A stretch of DNA of 64,000 nt, taken from assembly GCA_017882585.1 (NCBI GenBank), contig JADGPF010000026.1:1336-65335 (forward strand). Direction: 5' to 3'. This document shows, one piece after another, positions 1-9,193 of this stretch (within the stretch, counting starts at the first letter, position 1; every line of letters starts with the position of its first letter). The notes under the pieces are model-generated. The model saw only the letters and a list, made by a program, of their open reading frames with translations, searched no databases and was not told where the DNA came from. The position numbers and the translations under genes are program-made. The DNA comes from Thermoleophilia bacterium. GTDB lineage: Bacteria; Actinomycetota; Thermoleophilia; Miltoncostaeales; Miltoncostaeaceae.

Positions 1-685
1 TGCCGGTACCGCCCGGCCCGGTCAGCGTGACCAGCGGTGACCGCTCGAGGAGCGTACCGATGCGCTCGATGTCGGCAACCCGTCCGATGAAACTCGTCGT
101 GCGTGTCGGAAGCACGATCAGACGGCGCCCGAGCGCGCGCAGCGGCGGGAACGCGCCCTCCAGGCCGTCGATGCAGATCTGAAACAGGCGCTCAGGCCGC
201 GGCAGGTCCTTGAGCCGGTGCGCACCGAGGTCGCGAAGCGAGATCCCCGGGGGCAGCGCCGGCGCGACGAGGGCGCGCGTCGTCTCGGAGATGACCAGCT
301 GGCCACCGTGGGCGGCGTCGGCGATCCGGGATGCTCGATGCACCTCGACGCCGGCGTAATTCGCACCCGCGACCTCCGCGGCGGCGGTGTGCAGCCCCAT
401 CCGCACCCGCACAAGGATGCCCTCGGGCCACGGTGCGTCGGCGAGCGCGCGCTGGGCGGCCGTCGCCGCCGCAAGCGCGCGCTCAGGAACCGCAAATACG
501 GCGAAGACGCTGTCGCCCGCCGTACTGACCACGACGCCGGCGTGCGTCGCCACGGCCTCGCGCAGGATGGCGTCGTGGAGCTCGAGGACGGCACCCCATG
601 AATCGCCGAGGCGATCGGCAAGCCGCGTGGACCCCTCGATGTCGGTGAACAGGAACGTGACGATCCCGGTGGGCAGGCCAGGCAT
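1..685 (-). CDS. Class III adenylate/guanylate cyclase domain followed by P-loop (AAA-type) ATPase; 5' part only, continues beyond window start
   Basis: Minus-strand ATG at 685-683 opens a frame with no stop down to position 1, so it is absent from the ORF track. Hand translation gives MPGLPTGIVTFLFTDIEGSTRLADRLGDSWGAVLELHDAILREAVATHAGVVVSTAGDSVFAVFAVPE ... IVLPTRTTSFIGRVADIERIGTLLERSPLVTLTGPGGTG. FTDIEGST and GDSVFAVF are cyclase-homology-domain signatures. GPGGTG is the start of a Walker A loop. Confidence 0.8.
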   Translation of the reverse strand, partial: MPGLPTGIVTFLFTDIEGSTRLADRLGDSWGAVLELHDAILREAVATHAGVVVSTAGDSVFAVFAVPERALAAATAAQRALADAPWPEGILVRVRMGLHTAAAEVAGANYAGVEVHRASRIADAAHGGQLVISETTRALVAPALPPGISLRDLGAHRLKDLPRPERLFQICIDGLEGAFPPLRALGRRLIVLPTRTTSFIGRVADIERIGTLLERSPLVTLTGPGGTG

Positions 686-990
686 GACTCTCACCAACGT
701 AGGCGGCGCATCCATTGTGGGACACGTGGGCGGCAGCTGTCCACCCCGGCCCCGAGGCGGCCGCGTTGCCCGCGCGATCGCATCGGGTCCGCCGTGGGTG
801 TCGTGCAACCGCTCCACCGGGCGTGATCGGGTCGGTCATTGTCGCGCTCGATCGCCGATGACCGACCGCTCCGCCCCGCGCCCGTCATCCCGACACGCGG
901 GCCGCAGGTAAACGACGCAGCTGCTCCGATCCGGAGATCACGCGCCCGGATGCGGCCGGCCTCCACCGGGCCTGAGAACGTTCGGATCGC

Positions 991-3702
991 TCATGCGCCG
1001 GGTGCGAGCGGATAGCTCAGATCGTGCGCATATCCCGCCGCCGGCCCAGCAAGCACCGCATCGAAGATGTTGGTCGTCGCTTGCCGGATGACCGACTCGG
1101 CTGTCGGGTCGTTGCGCACGGTCGTGGTGACAATGTCCGGGTCGATCGCGAGCAGTGCCGGACTGGAATACACGGGGTTGGTGACGCATGACCCGTCGAG
1201 CAGGCACACCCAGCCGCGGGTGCCGACGTTGACCACCAGTCCGCCCCCGGGCTGGGGGGCCAGGGCGATTGCGCTGCCGGACATGTAGCCCGCGCCCCGC
1301 TGTGGGCACGGGAAGGTCGCCGCGGCGGCCAAGCGAGTGCCCGCCGGCATCGGGGTGCCTGCGCTCGGCGTGTCGGTCTCTTGGTAGAGCACGCCCTGCA
1401 GCTGCTGGCCCGGTGTGGCCCCGGAGTTGGCGAACACCCAGCCAAGCGACGTCGGCACCGTCAACGGCATCAAGACATTCGAACAGCCGAACTGCTCGCC
1501 AAGGAGCTTCTGCTCGGGGCTGTTGATCGGCGACAGACGCCACATCGTCGAGGACAGCGTCGGGCTCGACACGTTCGGGTCGTTGTGGTTCAGCTTCCAG
1601 ATGTTGAGGGTCCTGAAGGGGCCGATGGTGGGCGACGGCACAGGATGCCAATAGATGTTGTTCGCACCGAAGAAGGCGGCGTTGGCGCCGCGCGCAAGCG
1701 CTGCCTCGAAGTTGGTGCGCATGTTGGGCGTCCAGTACTCCGAGTGCGACCCAACGACAATCGCGGTAGCCGCACCGATCTCAGGGCTGGCGGAGTTGAG
1801 ATCACCGTCTGTCAGATAGCTGATGGCCCGTCCCTGGGATTCGGCGTAGCGCGCCAGCGGGACATCCTCGCTGAGTATCTGCGCCATTCCGGCACCGTCA
1901 TACGGACGGTTCAGGCTCACCACGGTCGAGATACCCGTCGCCGTCGAGTAGGCACTGTTGCCACCCCACGTGTTGTACATCTGGTCGGTATTGGTGGCCA
2001 GCACCTGCACCATCGGGGTGGTGCGGGTGCCATCGCGGATCACAAGCGGGATGGCGCCAGCCGCGCCCGGGTTGCCGACCGGCACGAGACGCAGCTCATA
2101 GATTCCTTGCGTCCAATCGTGCGAGACGGCCAGGGTGGCGGTCTCTTGCCACGGGGCAGTGACCTCGTAGGTCGTCGGGTCGACGTGCTCCCAGGTGGCC
2201 GGCGCAGACACGTGGAGCGTGGGGCTGGTCCAGACCACGCGCCCACCGGAGCCGTGGTAGTCCCCGAACCGCCAGACCTCCACGCGGACGGGCACCGGCG
2301 TCGTGCTCTGGGTACCCAGGTAGAGGCCGACAATCCCGCCGCAGGCGACGCTGGTGTACTGGGCAAAGCCCTGCACGAGCGGGGCGGCAATCGTCGATGG
2401 CGGCTGCCACCCCGTACCGCCAGGCTTGGCGTTTTCCTGGGCGATGGTCGTCGGCGCACATCCGGCGTGAGTGCTGCTCGGCGGCACCAACGGGGTGGCG
2501 GCAGGGGCCGCACGCTGCACGGCAGCAACCGAATCCGCCCAGACGGTGCCGTTGCCGATCGCGATGAGTTTGACCGTGTACGAGACGCCATCGACAAGCT
2601 TTGGGATCGTCGTGCCGGCCGTCGACACCGGTGTGGCGGCTGCGCACCTGGCGCCCGCCCGATCGCAGAGCCGGTAGCTGTAACCGGAGGCCTTGGCAAC
2701 GGCGGCGAAGCCGTTGATGGTGAGCTGGGCCGGGCCGGGGGTGAGGGACAGGATCGGGGTGTTGAGATGTCTGGCAGTGATCGCATCGGTGCGTGCAGTG
2801 ATCCTGGCCGCTGGAGAGGTATGCCCGAACCGGTCACGCACGAAGATTGCGTAGCTGTACCGGGTGCCGGGGACCAACCGGGTGTCGGTCACGGCGATTG
2901 GGTGTGATCCATGTGTCGGCACGCCCGTGCCCGCAGTCGTCCGCGCCGGTGCCCGCGCACCATTGGCGCGGCGCACGATGATCCGGGTGATGGTGACCCT
3001 GGATGGCGTGATCCAATAGAGATCGATCGCGGTCCGTGTGCGGCCGGTCACGCTGACGCCGCTCACCGGTGCCACCGGATCCGCCGAAAAGCGGACACCG
3101 ACGGTCAGGTCCCTGGACATCACCGGTGCACAGGCCGTCGCCCTGCAGGCACCGGAAAACCCGGCGAACGCCGACCCAGCTGCTGCGGCCGCATGCAGGG
3201 CGACCCGAGTGCCGGTGACAAAGCGCGCGCCGCAACGGGCCCGACACGAGATCCCGCCGGGCATACTCGAGATCCTTCCTGCGCCCGTGCCGGTGACGGT
3301 CACCGCGAGGCGGACAGTCGAGCGGAAGGTCGCAGTCACCCCGAGGGCGGCGGGCATGGTCACCCGGCAGGTCGCGGTGCCCGAGCACGCACCCGACCAG
3401 CCAACAAAGCGTGCCGTCCCGACCGGACGGGCGCTCAGGGTGACGTGGGCACCACGGGGCTCGGTCAGCGAGCACCGTCTCGTGCAGATCGTGCGCGGGC
3501 TGCCGACCACCACACGGCCCGGACCGGATATCACCACCGACAGCGACTGACTGGCACCCGTGGCCCCGACCGCCGAGATGCTGAGCGCAAGCGCAAATCC
3601 GGCAATGGCCAGGCCCATCGCGATGCCGAGCACGCGGCGGCCTGCCCGAACGACTACGGGCCGTCGACGCATCTGAGCAAGGGGGTGGCGACGAATACGC
3701 AC
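991..3702 (-). CDS. Large secreted multidomain protein: signal/TM anchor, tandem Cys-containing InlB-B-repeat-like modules, FN3-like domain, C-terminal N,N-dimethylformamidase-beta-like (DUF6605-type) domain
   Basis: 903-aa ORF. The N-terminus RRVLGIAMGLAIAGFALALSISAVGA looks like a signal or anchor. Two modules match the divergent InlB B-repeat pattern: G.GRV...P..I.C...C......G..VTL.A.P..G..F.GWSGAC......C.V. The segment TAIDLYW...GTRYSYAIFVRDRFGHTSP is FN3-like. The C-terminal LATNTDQMYNTWGGNSAYS ... VVGSHSEYWT ... FFGANNIYW resembles the DMFase-large-subunit-like family. Confidence 0.75.
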   Translation of the reverse strand: MRIRRHPLAQMRRRPVVVRAGRRVLGIAMGLAIAGFALALSISAVGATGASQSLSVVISGPGRVVVGSPRTICTRRCSLTEPRGAHVTLSARPVGTARFVGWSGACSGTATCRVTMPAALGVTATFRSTVRLAVTVTGTGAGRISSMPGGISCRARCGARFVTGTRVALHAAAAAGSAFAGFSGACRATACAPVMSRDLTVGVRFSADPVAPVSGVSVTGRTRTAIDLYWITPSRVTITRIIVRRANGARAPARTTAGTGVPTHGSHPIAVTDTRLVPGTRYSYAIFVRDRFGHTSPAARITARTDAITARHLNTPILSLTPGPAQLTINGFAAVAKASGYSYRLCDRAGARCAAATPVSTAGTTIPKLVDGVSYTVKLIAIGNGTVWADSVAAVQRAAPAATPLVPPSSTHAGCAPTTIAQENAKPGGTGWQPPSTIAAPLVQGFAQYTSVACGGIVGLYLGTQSTTPVPVRVEVWRFGDYHGSGGRVVWTSPTLHVSAPATWEHVDPTTYEVTAPWQETATLAVSHDWTQGIYELRLVPVGNPGAAGAIPLVIRDGTRTTPMVQVLATNTDQMYNTWGGNSAYSTATGISTVVSLNRPYDGAGMAQILSEDVPLARYAESQGRAISYLTDGDLNSASPEIGAATAIVVGSHSEYWTPNMRTNFEAALARGANAAFFGANNIYWHPVPSPTIGPFRTLNIWKLNHNDPNVSSPTLSSTMWRLSPINSPEQKLLGEQFGCSNVLMPLTVPTSLGWVFANSGATPGQQLQGVLYQETDTPSAGTPMPAGTRLAAAATFPCPQRGAGYMSGSAIALAPQPGGGLVVNVGTRGWVCLLDGSCVTNPVYSSPALLAIDPDIVTTTVRNDPTAESVIRQATTNIFDAVLAGPAAGYAHDLSYPLAPGA

Positions 3703-3974
3703 CTGTACAACCTATGGCGCGCAGGCCGCCAGCGCGCGGCAGCGCCCTACGCGTGCCTTCGGCGCAGGGACCATCGCCGTGCAGACCCTCGCGATGCGGG
3801 TGCCCGATCGGATCATGTGGAACCGAGCATCGATCCTCCGGGAACGCGGCACCCGGCCCGTGCCGGACGCTCTCACGGTCGCGCACCGCATCCCGAAATG
3901 GTCCGATGCCCACGGACCCATCCGCCCCCGCGCCGGGTTCGGGCGCGGCTCCATCCCGCGCCGTGCCGCGGCGA

Positions 3975-4943
3975 CTAACGCGGGTGCAGGCCCAGCGTGC
4001 GTCGGAGGAAGTCGTACTCGGCGGACAGCGCCGCGTCGGCGACGGTCATCGGCAGCGAGATGAACCCGTGCGGCGCCTCGGCCCAGGTGCGCAGCTCGGT
4101 CGCATGTCCCGCGGCACGCCAACGCGCCTCCATGAACAGCGTGTCGTCAAGCAAGGCATCTTGCGTGCCGACCGTGAAGATGGCCGGCGGCATGCCGGAC
4201 AGCTCTGCGAACAGGGGCGAGATGTCTGGGTCACGGCGCTGCTCGCGGTCATGCACCGGCAGAAACTGGTCCACGAACCAATTCAGGATGGGCACTGAGA
4301 GCACAAGGTTGCGCTCGCCCCACAGCCGCTGGCTCGGTGTCATCGACAGGTCGAAGCTGCCGTACTGCAACACGGCCGCGCCGAATGCCCCGGTGATCCC
4401 GTGCCGGTCGCGCAGCCGTACGAGCGTCAGCGCGGCAAGGTGCCCACCGGCTGAGTCGCCGCCGATGGCCAACTCGCCTCCGACGCCGAGTGCGGCCTTC
4501 CCCTCGTCCCCCAGCAGCCACAATGCGGCGGCTTCGCAGTCGTCCGGCGCCGCCGGGTAGGGGTTCTCGGGGGCCAGGCGGTAGTCCACGCTCACGACCG
4601 TGAGGCCGGTCTCGCGGGCGAGTCGGTCCAGGCGCGTGTCCTGGAGGTCGTTGCCGCCCAAGGTCCATCCGCCGCCATGGATGTGAAGGAACGCTCCCGT
4701 CGACTCCCGATCCGGTGGGATGATGCGCAGCGGGACGGGGCCGCCGGGGCCGCCGATCTCGATCGTCCGGGCGTTGGGCAAGAGCACGGGCGCAGGGAAG
4801 ATGCCGAGACCCTCCCGGCGGTCGCGGCGCGTCTGCGCCGGCGGGACCGTATGGACCGAGGGCACGGTGGCCATCAGACGCTCGAGCTCGGCGTTGAACG
4901 CCCGCGTCTCGACGAGCATCCTGTCAGGGTCGTACCCGGTCAT
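3975..4943 (-). CDS. Alpha/beta hydrolase, hormone-sensitive-lipase-type esterase/lipase
   Basis: Oxyanion motif HIHGGGWTLGG and nucleophile elbow GGDSAGGHLA are present. I chose the internal ATG at 4943 (MTGYDPDRML) because GGAG lies about 11 nt upstream. The track ORF extends to 5024. Confidence 0.85.
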   Translation of the reverse strand: MTGYDPDRMLVETRAFNAELERLMATVPSVHTVPPAQTRRDRREGLGIFPAPVLLPNARTIEIGGPGGPVPLRIIPPDRESTGAFLHIHGGGWTLGGNDLQDTRLDRLARETGLTVVSVDYRLAPENPYPAAPDDCEAAALWLLGDEGKAALGVGGELAIGGDSAGGHLAALTLVRLRDRHGITGAFGAAVLQYGSFDLSMTPSQRLWGERNLVLSVPILNWFVDQFLPVHDREQRRDPDISPLFAELSGMPPAIFTVGTQDALLDDTLFMEARWRAAGHATELRTWAEAPHGFISLPMTVADAALSAEYDFLRRTLGLHPR

Positions 4944-5417
4944 TGTGCTGGTAACTCCTGTCGGTCGGATCCTCGCCGGTTCACTCACCGCGATCGCCTT
5001 GGGTGAGCCCAAGTGAGCCGGCACGCGCTCGTCGCACGAGTTCTCGTCGGTCTCATCGTCTCACGCGAGGGTCGGAGTGCGATGCGGTCGCCGACGGCCT
5101 GAACCGCGCCGCGGAAGCGTCGTGCATCGACGAGGGGGCAGAGCGATCTCCCTGGTCGAGCTCTCTGTCGACCAGTTTGAGCTCTGGTTCACGTCACTGC
5201 CGCGGCTCAGGACATCACCGAGTTCCCGGCTGGAGGCTGTTGCACAACTGCATATTCCGCGCCCGGCCCGGCACGCGCAACCGCGACGCTGCTCGGCGAG
5301 CGGCGCGTTGACCTCGGTCTGAGTCGGTCGTATGCGACCTCTCACCAGTGGCCCGGCGACCGTCCGCTCGGGAGGTCTGCAACAGCGCTCCCCGCTGGGC
5401 CCGCGTCGCTCCGAGCG

Positions 5418-5750
5418 TTAGCCATCACCGAGCCCGAGCTTGGCGCGTCGCTCCACCGGCACGAGGTCGAGGTACTCGCGATGACGGTCGATGAAACCGC
5501 GGACGAACGGGCAGAACGGCAGCACCGCCAGCCCCTGGGCCCGCGCAGCGTCCAGCGCGGCTCTCACCAGTAGCGTTCCTATGCCGGCACCGTCCTGTGA
5601 CGGGTCGACCTCGGTGTGGACAAAGGCGATGACGCCCGGTCTGCGCTCATACTCCGCGAAGCCCACGACGCCCCCGTCAACGTCGATCTCGAAGCGTCGG
5701 CGCTCGGGGACGTCGGTCACGGTCGGTGTCATCGCGTCGGATTCTCGCAC
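5418..5750 (-). CDS. Small GNAT-family N-acetyltransferase (YjdJ-like single-domain type)
   Basis: 110-aa ORF. RRFEIDVDGGVVGFAEYERRPGVIAFVHTEVDPSQDGAGIGTLLVRAALDAARAQGLAVLPFCPFV matches the short GNAT (acetyltransf_CG-like) pattern. An alternative ATG at 5732 is equally possible. Confidence 0.7.
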   Translation of the reverse strand: MRESDAMTPTVTDVPERRRFEIDVDGGVVGFAEYERRPGVIAFVHTEVDPSQDGAGIGTLLVRAALDAARAQGLAVLPFCPFVRGFIDRHREYLDLVPVERRAKLGLGDG

Positions 5751-6275
5751 GGGCCACTGCGAGACGCGTCACCGAACGGCACGGAGCGCTGGCACCATCG
5801 CAAATGCGGTGCGAAACCCGGCGGCGCCCGTCGTCCGGAACCAGGGATATGGTCGGCGGCAGGCAAGGATCTCGTCGAGAGAGGTCGGGGTCGGAATGCG
5901 ACACATTGGCCGTTCGGGTTCTTCATCAATAGGAGATCGGGGGTACGTTCGCGGCAGCACTCACACCTGCGGCGGTTGGCTTCCGAGATCGTCCTTGCAG
6001 GGCGTTTTTGGAGCGACGTTCCTTCATTGAGCAGGGGGCCTTTCGTCCCGCGCGGTTCCGCGACTACCCGTTCGCGTGTTCGGCGAATGCACGGAGCCAG
6101 GCGTCTGCCGCGTGGCATGTTCGTCATCGGACGCCGAGGGAGCGTGGCCAAAGGGTGTGGCGTCCGCGCGGATACGCGTTGACAGACCACGCAGGTGCTG
6201 GGAGCCTGCCGCTGTCGAACGGTGAGCGTTTCAACGCTCCGAACAGAGCCGGGGCCGTGGAACTTCTCAGACGAA

Positions 6276-6610
6276 TGAGCGCGAACACGGCGGACACGGT
6301 CTCGGCGACGGTGGACGCGACGGCCATATATCTGCTCGGCGGCTGGCGCATCGGGGTGGCCGGCGCCCGCGATCACCACCACCAGGGCACGGCCCCCGCC
6401 GAGACCGCATCGCCGAACGCGCCGACCGGTGTCGCGAGGAGCGACGATGACGCGGCGCCCCCCGGATGGTTCGCGGCGGCCCTCCTGCCTCCGGATGACG
6501 AGCGCGACCCGCCCACCGTGGCGGTCTCCGGCGGCGGGGTCAGTCAGGTCGGCGGGATCCCGCGAAGTCTCGTCACTGACACCTGCCGGCGGGGCCGCGG
6601 CACCGCGTGA
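6276..6610 (+). CDS. Hypothetical small protein (about 111 aa), no recognisable domain
   Basis: ATG at 6276 inside track ORF 6008..6610. From here the frame shows the strong G/C third-position bias typical of real genes in this window. Its TGA (6608-6610) overlaps the GTG (6607) of the next gene as GTGA. I recognise no motif. Confidence 0.3.
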
Positions 6611-8418
6611 TTCTCAACTTCCCTCATAACGACCCAGCCAACGACCGGCGGCCGCTCAGGCGTGCTCACGCCATCGCCCTATTTTGTCTCTTGGCGATGT
6701 GTCTGGGGATGGCTTGGCATTCTGCGACGGCCGACTCAACGAATGGCAACGTTCCGGCCTCGCGGTTGCACTGGATCGGTCGCAACTGGTTCCTCGAGGG
6801 CGCCAACCTGCCGTGGCTGCACTGGCGCTGCGACTTCGGCTGCCAACACAACGGTGGGGTGCTCTCCTCACAGACGGCACTGGAAGCCCGTTTCCGCACG
6901 CTCGCGCGGCACGGGGTGCGGGTCGTTCGCTGGTATGCGTTCCCCGGAGACGCATGGCAGATCGCCCGGGGGGCCGGCGGCGCGCCCACGAGTCTGCAGG
7001 GCGCTCGGGTGTTTCCCGACATGGATGCCGCCGTCGCCCTGGCGGCGCACTACGACATCTACCTCGACCTCGTGCTGTTCTCCGATACCCGCACGATCCC
7101 CACCACCTGGATGTCCGACCCCGCGCAGCGCGCGCAGCTTGCCAGCGCGCTCGCGCCGCTGTTCCGGCGGTACGCGGGCAACCCGCACGTGCTCTCTTAC
7201 GAGCTGTTCGACGAGCCCGAGCGCGGCGTCGATGCTGGTGCGGTGTCCCCAGCGGACGTGCAGGCGACGGTCCAGTCGCTCACGGCGGAGATCCACCACG
7301 ACTCCCACGCGCTGGCGAGCATCGGCCCCGAGTCTGTGGACCGCATCGGCCTGTGGACCGGACTCGGCCTGGACTTTTACGCCCCGCACTGGTTCACGGG
7401 CATGGCCGGTACGGCCTGCGCGCTGTGCACGAACGTCTCCCAGCTGGCGGCGGGGTACGGCGCGGACCGGCCGGTGGTGATCGGCGCCATGGACCCCGGG
7501 GGCTCAGCCAGCACGGCGAGGGCGCGTCTGACCTCGGCGCGCCAACTTGGCTATGCGGGGGCGATGTTGTGGTCGGTGCTCGGTGTGCCCCACCCGAGCG
7601 CACCCAGTGGCTCTGCGACCGTGCCGCTCACGGCGACCTGGCGCTTCGCCTACGCAACCGCCGACGCGGGACCACACGCGCGCCCACTCAACCCATGCAT
7701 CGGACCGGAGGCCGGTGAGTACGTGTGCCCGGATCTGCGGATGAGCCCGCCCTCCAACCTTTTCGCCCGCAGCGGGTACGGACACGTGCTTCTGCTGTCG
7801 CGCAACTCGATCAACAACATGGGCGTCGGGCCGGCAGAGCTGTTCGGACGCCGCACGGGCGAATACACCATGTCCGCCGTGCAGCACCTGCACCTGCGAC
7901 GCGGCGGGTACGTCTCCATCTCCACCGGAGCACACCTTTACTTCAAGGCCGTACCCGGCCAGTACCGGTACTGGAAGTGGAGGAATGCTGCGGCGATGCA
8001 GCTGTGGCGGCTCGACGGGTCCGGACACCCCACGCAGCTGGTGCGTGTGGGCCCGAAGACGACCTACTGCCTGCGGGACCTCAAGCGCACCCACGGCTAC
8101 CTGCGGGGTTCGCCGACGCGCGCGCACTTCCCGGGATGCAGCCAGGTTCTCGGGGCACGGGCGCGCACGCTCGGCACGTCGGTTGGCTGGTCGGACATCT
8201 ACCCCGCGACCTACAACGAGAACTACATTAACGTGACGGGGCTGCACGGCTGCTTCGCCTACGTGCACATCGCCGATCCGACCAACGTGATCTACGAGTC
8301 GAACGATGACAACAACGCGAGCGCGGTGACGGTCCGACTTCCGTGGACGGGGTCGAGCGCGGGGTGCCCGGCCGCGAGGCCGCTGCCGTTCGGCACCGCC
8401 GACGGGGGCGGGTACTGA
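6607..8418 (+). CDS. Secreted fusion protein: clan GH-A (GH5-like TIM-barrel) glycosidase-like domain plus C-terminal lysyl-oxidase-like domain
   Basis: Signal-like RRAHAIALFCLLAMCLGMAWHSATA. The N-terminal half has LSYELFDEPE, matching the NEP acid/base motif of clan GH-A. The C-terminal half aligns by eye to the lysyl oxidase catalytic domain: CPDLRMSPP, VLLLSRNSINNMG, YWKW, GPKTTYCLRD, WSDIYPATYNENYINVTGL, ESNDDNNAS. Confidence 0.7.
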   Translation: MILNFPHNDPANDRRPLRRAHAIALFCLLAMCLGMAWHSATADSTNGNVPASRLHWIGRNWFLEGANLPWLHWRCDFGCQHNGGVLSSQTALEARFRTLARHGVRVVRWYAFPGDAWQIARGAGGAPTSLQGARVFPDMDAAVALAAHYDIYLDLVLFSDTRTIPTTWMSDPAQRAQLASALAPLFRRYAGNPHVLSYELFDEPERGVDAGAVSPADVQATVQSLTAEIHHDSHALASIGPESVDRIGLWTGLGLDFYAPHWFTGMAGTACALCTNVSQLAAGYGADRPVVIGAMDPGGSASTARARLTSARQLGYAGAMLWSVLGVPHPSAPSGSATVPLTATWRFAYATADAGPHARPLNPCIGPEAGEYVCPDLRMSPPSNLFARSGYGHVLLLSRNSINNMGVGPAELFGRRTGEYTMSAVQHLHLRRGGYVSISTGAHLYFKAVPGQYRYWKWRNAAAMQLWRLDGSGHPTQLVRVGPKTTYCLRDLKRTHGYLRGSPTRAHFPGCSQVLGARARTLGTSVGWSDIYPATYNENYINVTGLHGCFAYVHIADPTNVIYESNDDNNASAVTVRLPWTGSSAGCPAARPLPFGTADGGGY

Positions 8419-8492
8419 CCCCAGCGCACTGGTGGTTGTCGCTGCGCCTGGTCCTGATAGCGACGCGCCGCGCGTGCAGGTCGTGCCCGGTC

Positions 8493-8512
8493 GTGGCAAC
8501 GGGGTGGCAACG
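8493..8512 (+). repeat. Tandem direct repeat GTGGCAACG-GG-GTGGCAACG (11-nt register)
   Basis: Read directly: gtggcaacg at 8493-8501 and again at 8504-8512. It lies in the non-coding stretch between the stop at 8418 and the tRNA-like fragment. Confidence 0.6.
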
Positions 8513-8625
8513 CACCACCCTGCACCAGCCGCGACACGCAAGGAGGCAAAACGCGGGAAATCGGCGTGTCCCGGACGGTCAGCGCCACGGACCGCAACCA
8601 GCCACGCGGGCCGCACCGCGCTCGT

Positions 8626-8656
8626 AGGGTCAGCGGTTCGAATCCGCTCGTCGGCT
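8626..8656 (+). other. Isolated tRNA 3' fragment (variable region, T-arm, 3' acceptor strand, discriminator); no complete cloverleaf
   Basis: agggtc-AGCGG-TTCGAAT-CCGCT-CGTCGGC-T. The T-stem (8632-8636 with 8644-8648) pairs perfectly around a canonical T-loop and is followed by 7 nt plus 1 nt. The 45 nt upstream do not fold into anticodon or D arms, and no GCCGACG lies at tRNA distance. Confidence 0.45.
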
Positions 8657-9193
8657 TCATCCCCGTCCCGGTCGGTGCACGGGTCTGCGTTGGGCCGGCG
8701 AAGGCGTGGGGTGCGATAGGGGCGGTTCAACGCCGTATGGGCGCTCGACGTGAGCCCGGGAAGTCGCCGCCAGATCGTCGACACCAGAGACCGTGCGGGC
8801 CTCGGTGATCACGAGAACCTCGCCAGGTGCTGTCTTGTACGCCTCAGCAGGCGTCTGCCTTTCTCCATCCGCGCGATCATCGTGATCGCGGTAGCGCTGA
8901 GCGTCGGCGCGGCCAGCTTGCACGCCGGCGACTGGCAGGCCGCTCCACTGTTGAGACCGCCCTGGGAATACAGCCAGCTGCGAGTGATCTGCCACTGGTA
9001 GGCCACTCAGCTCGGAGAGTGCGGCACCAACCTCAGGCAATGTCGCGTGGTGGGACGGGATGTCGTGACAGGCCGCCTGGATCAGCTCGGCGTTCGTGAC
9101 CCTTCCGCCGAGGTTGTACATCGTCGGAGTGATGCGATCTGACGTCGCACCCGCCTCACGGTCATCCAAACGAGGCGCGGCGCGACCACGCAT
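8657..9193 (-). pseudogene. Low-GC3 ORF of uncertain status; possibly a decayed PIN/VapC-like gene
   Basis: 178-aa track ORF with visibly more A/T at third positions than neighbouring genes. The segments HHATLPEVGAALSEL and GEVLVITEARTV are only loosely reminiscent of VapC (HAP.L...E..NAL and LVT.D). I could not place the N-terminal PIN acidic residues. Confidence 0.25.

Noticed and set aside
8398-8656. Possible tmRNA or oversized tRNA. GCCGACG at 8398-8404 is complementary to the 3' acceptor strand CGTCGGC at 8649-8655, which would close an acceptor stem around about 255 nt.
   Set aside because: The 5' arm lies inside the 6607-8418 coding sequence. The stem lacks the G3:U70 alanine identity pair and the GGGG start typical of tmRNA. 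I could find no resume codon or tag reading frame ending in ALAA-like residues. A single GC-rich 7-mer match within a few hundred nt is expected by chance.
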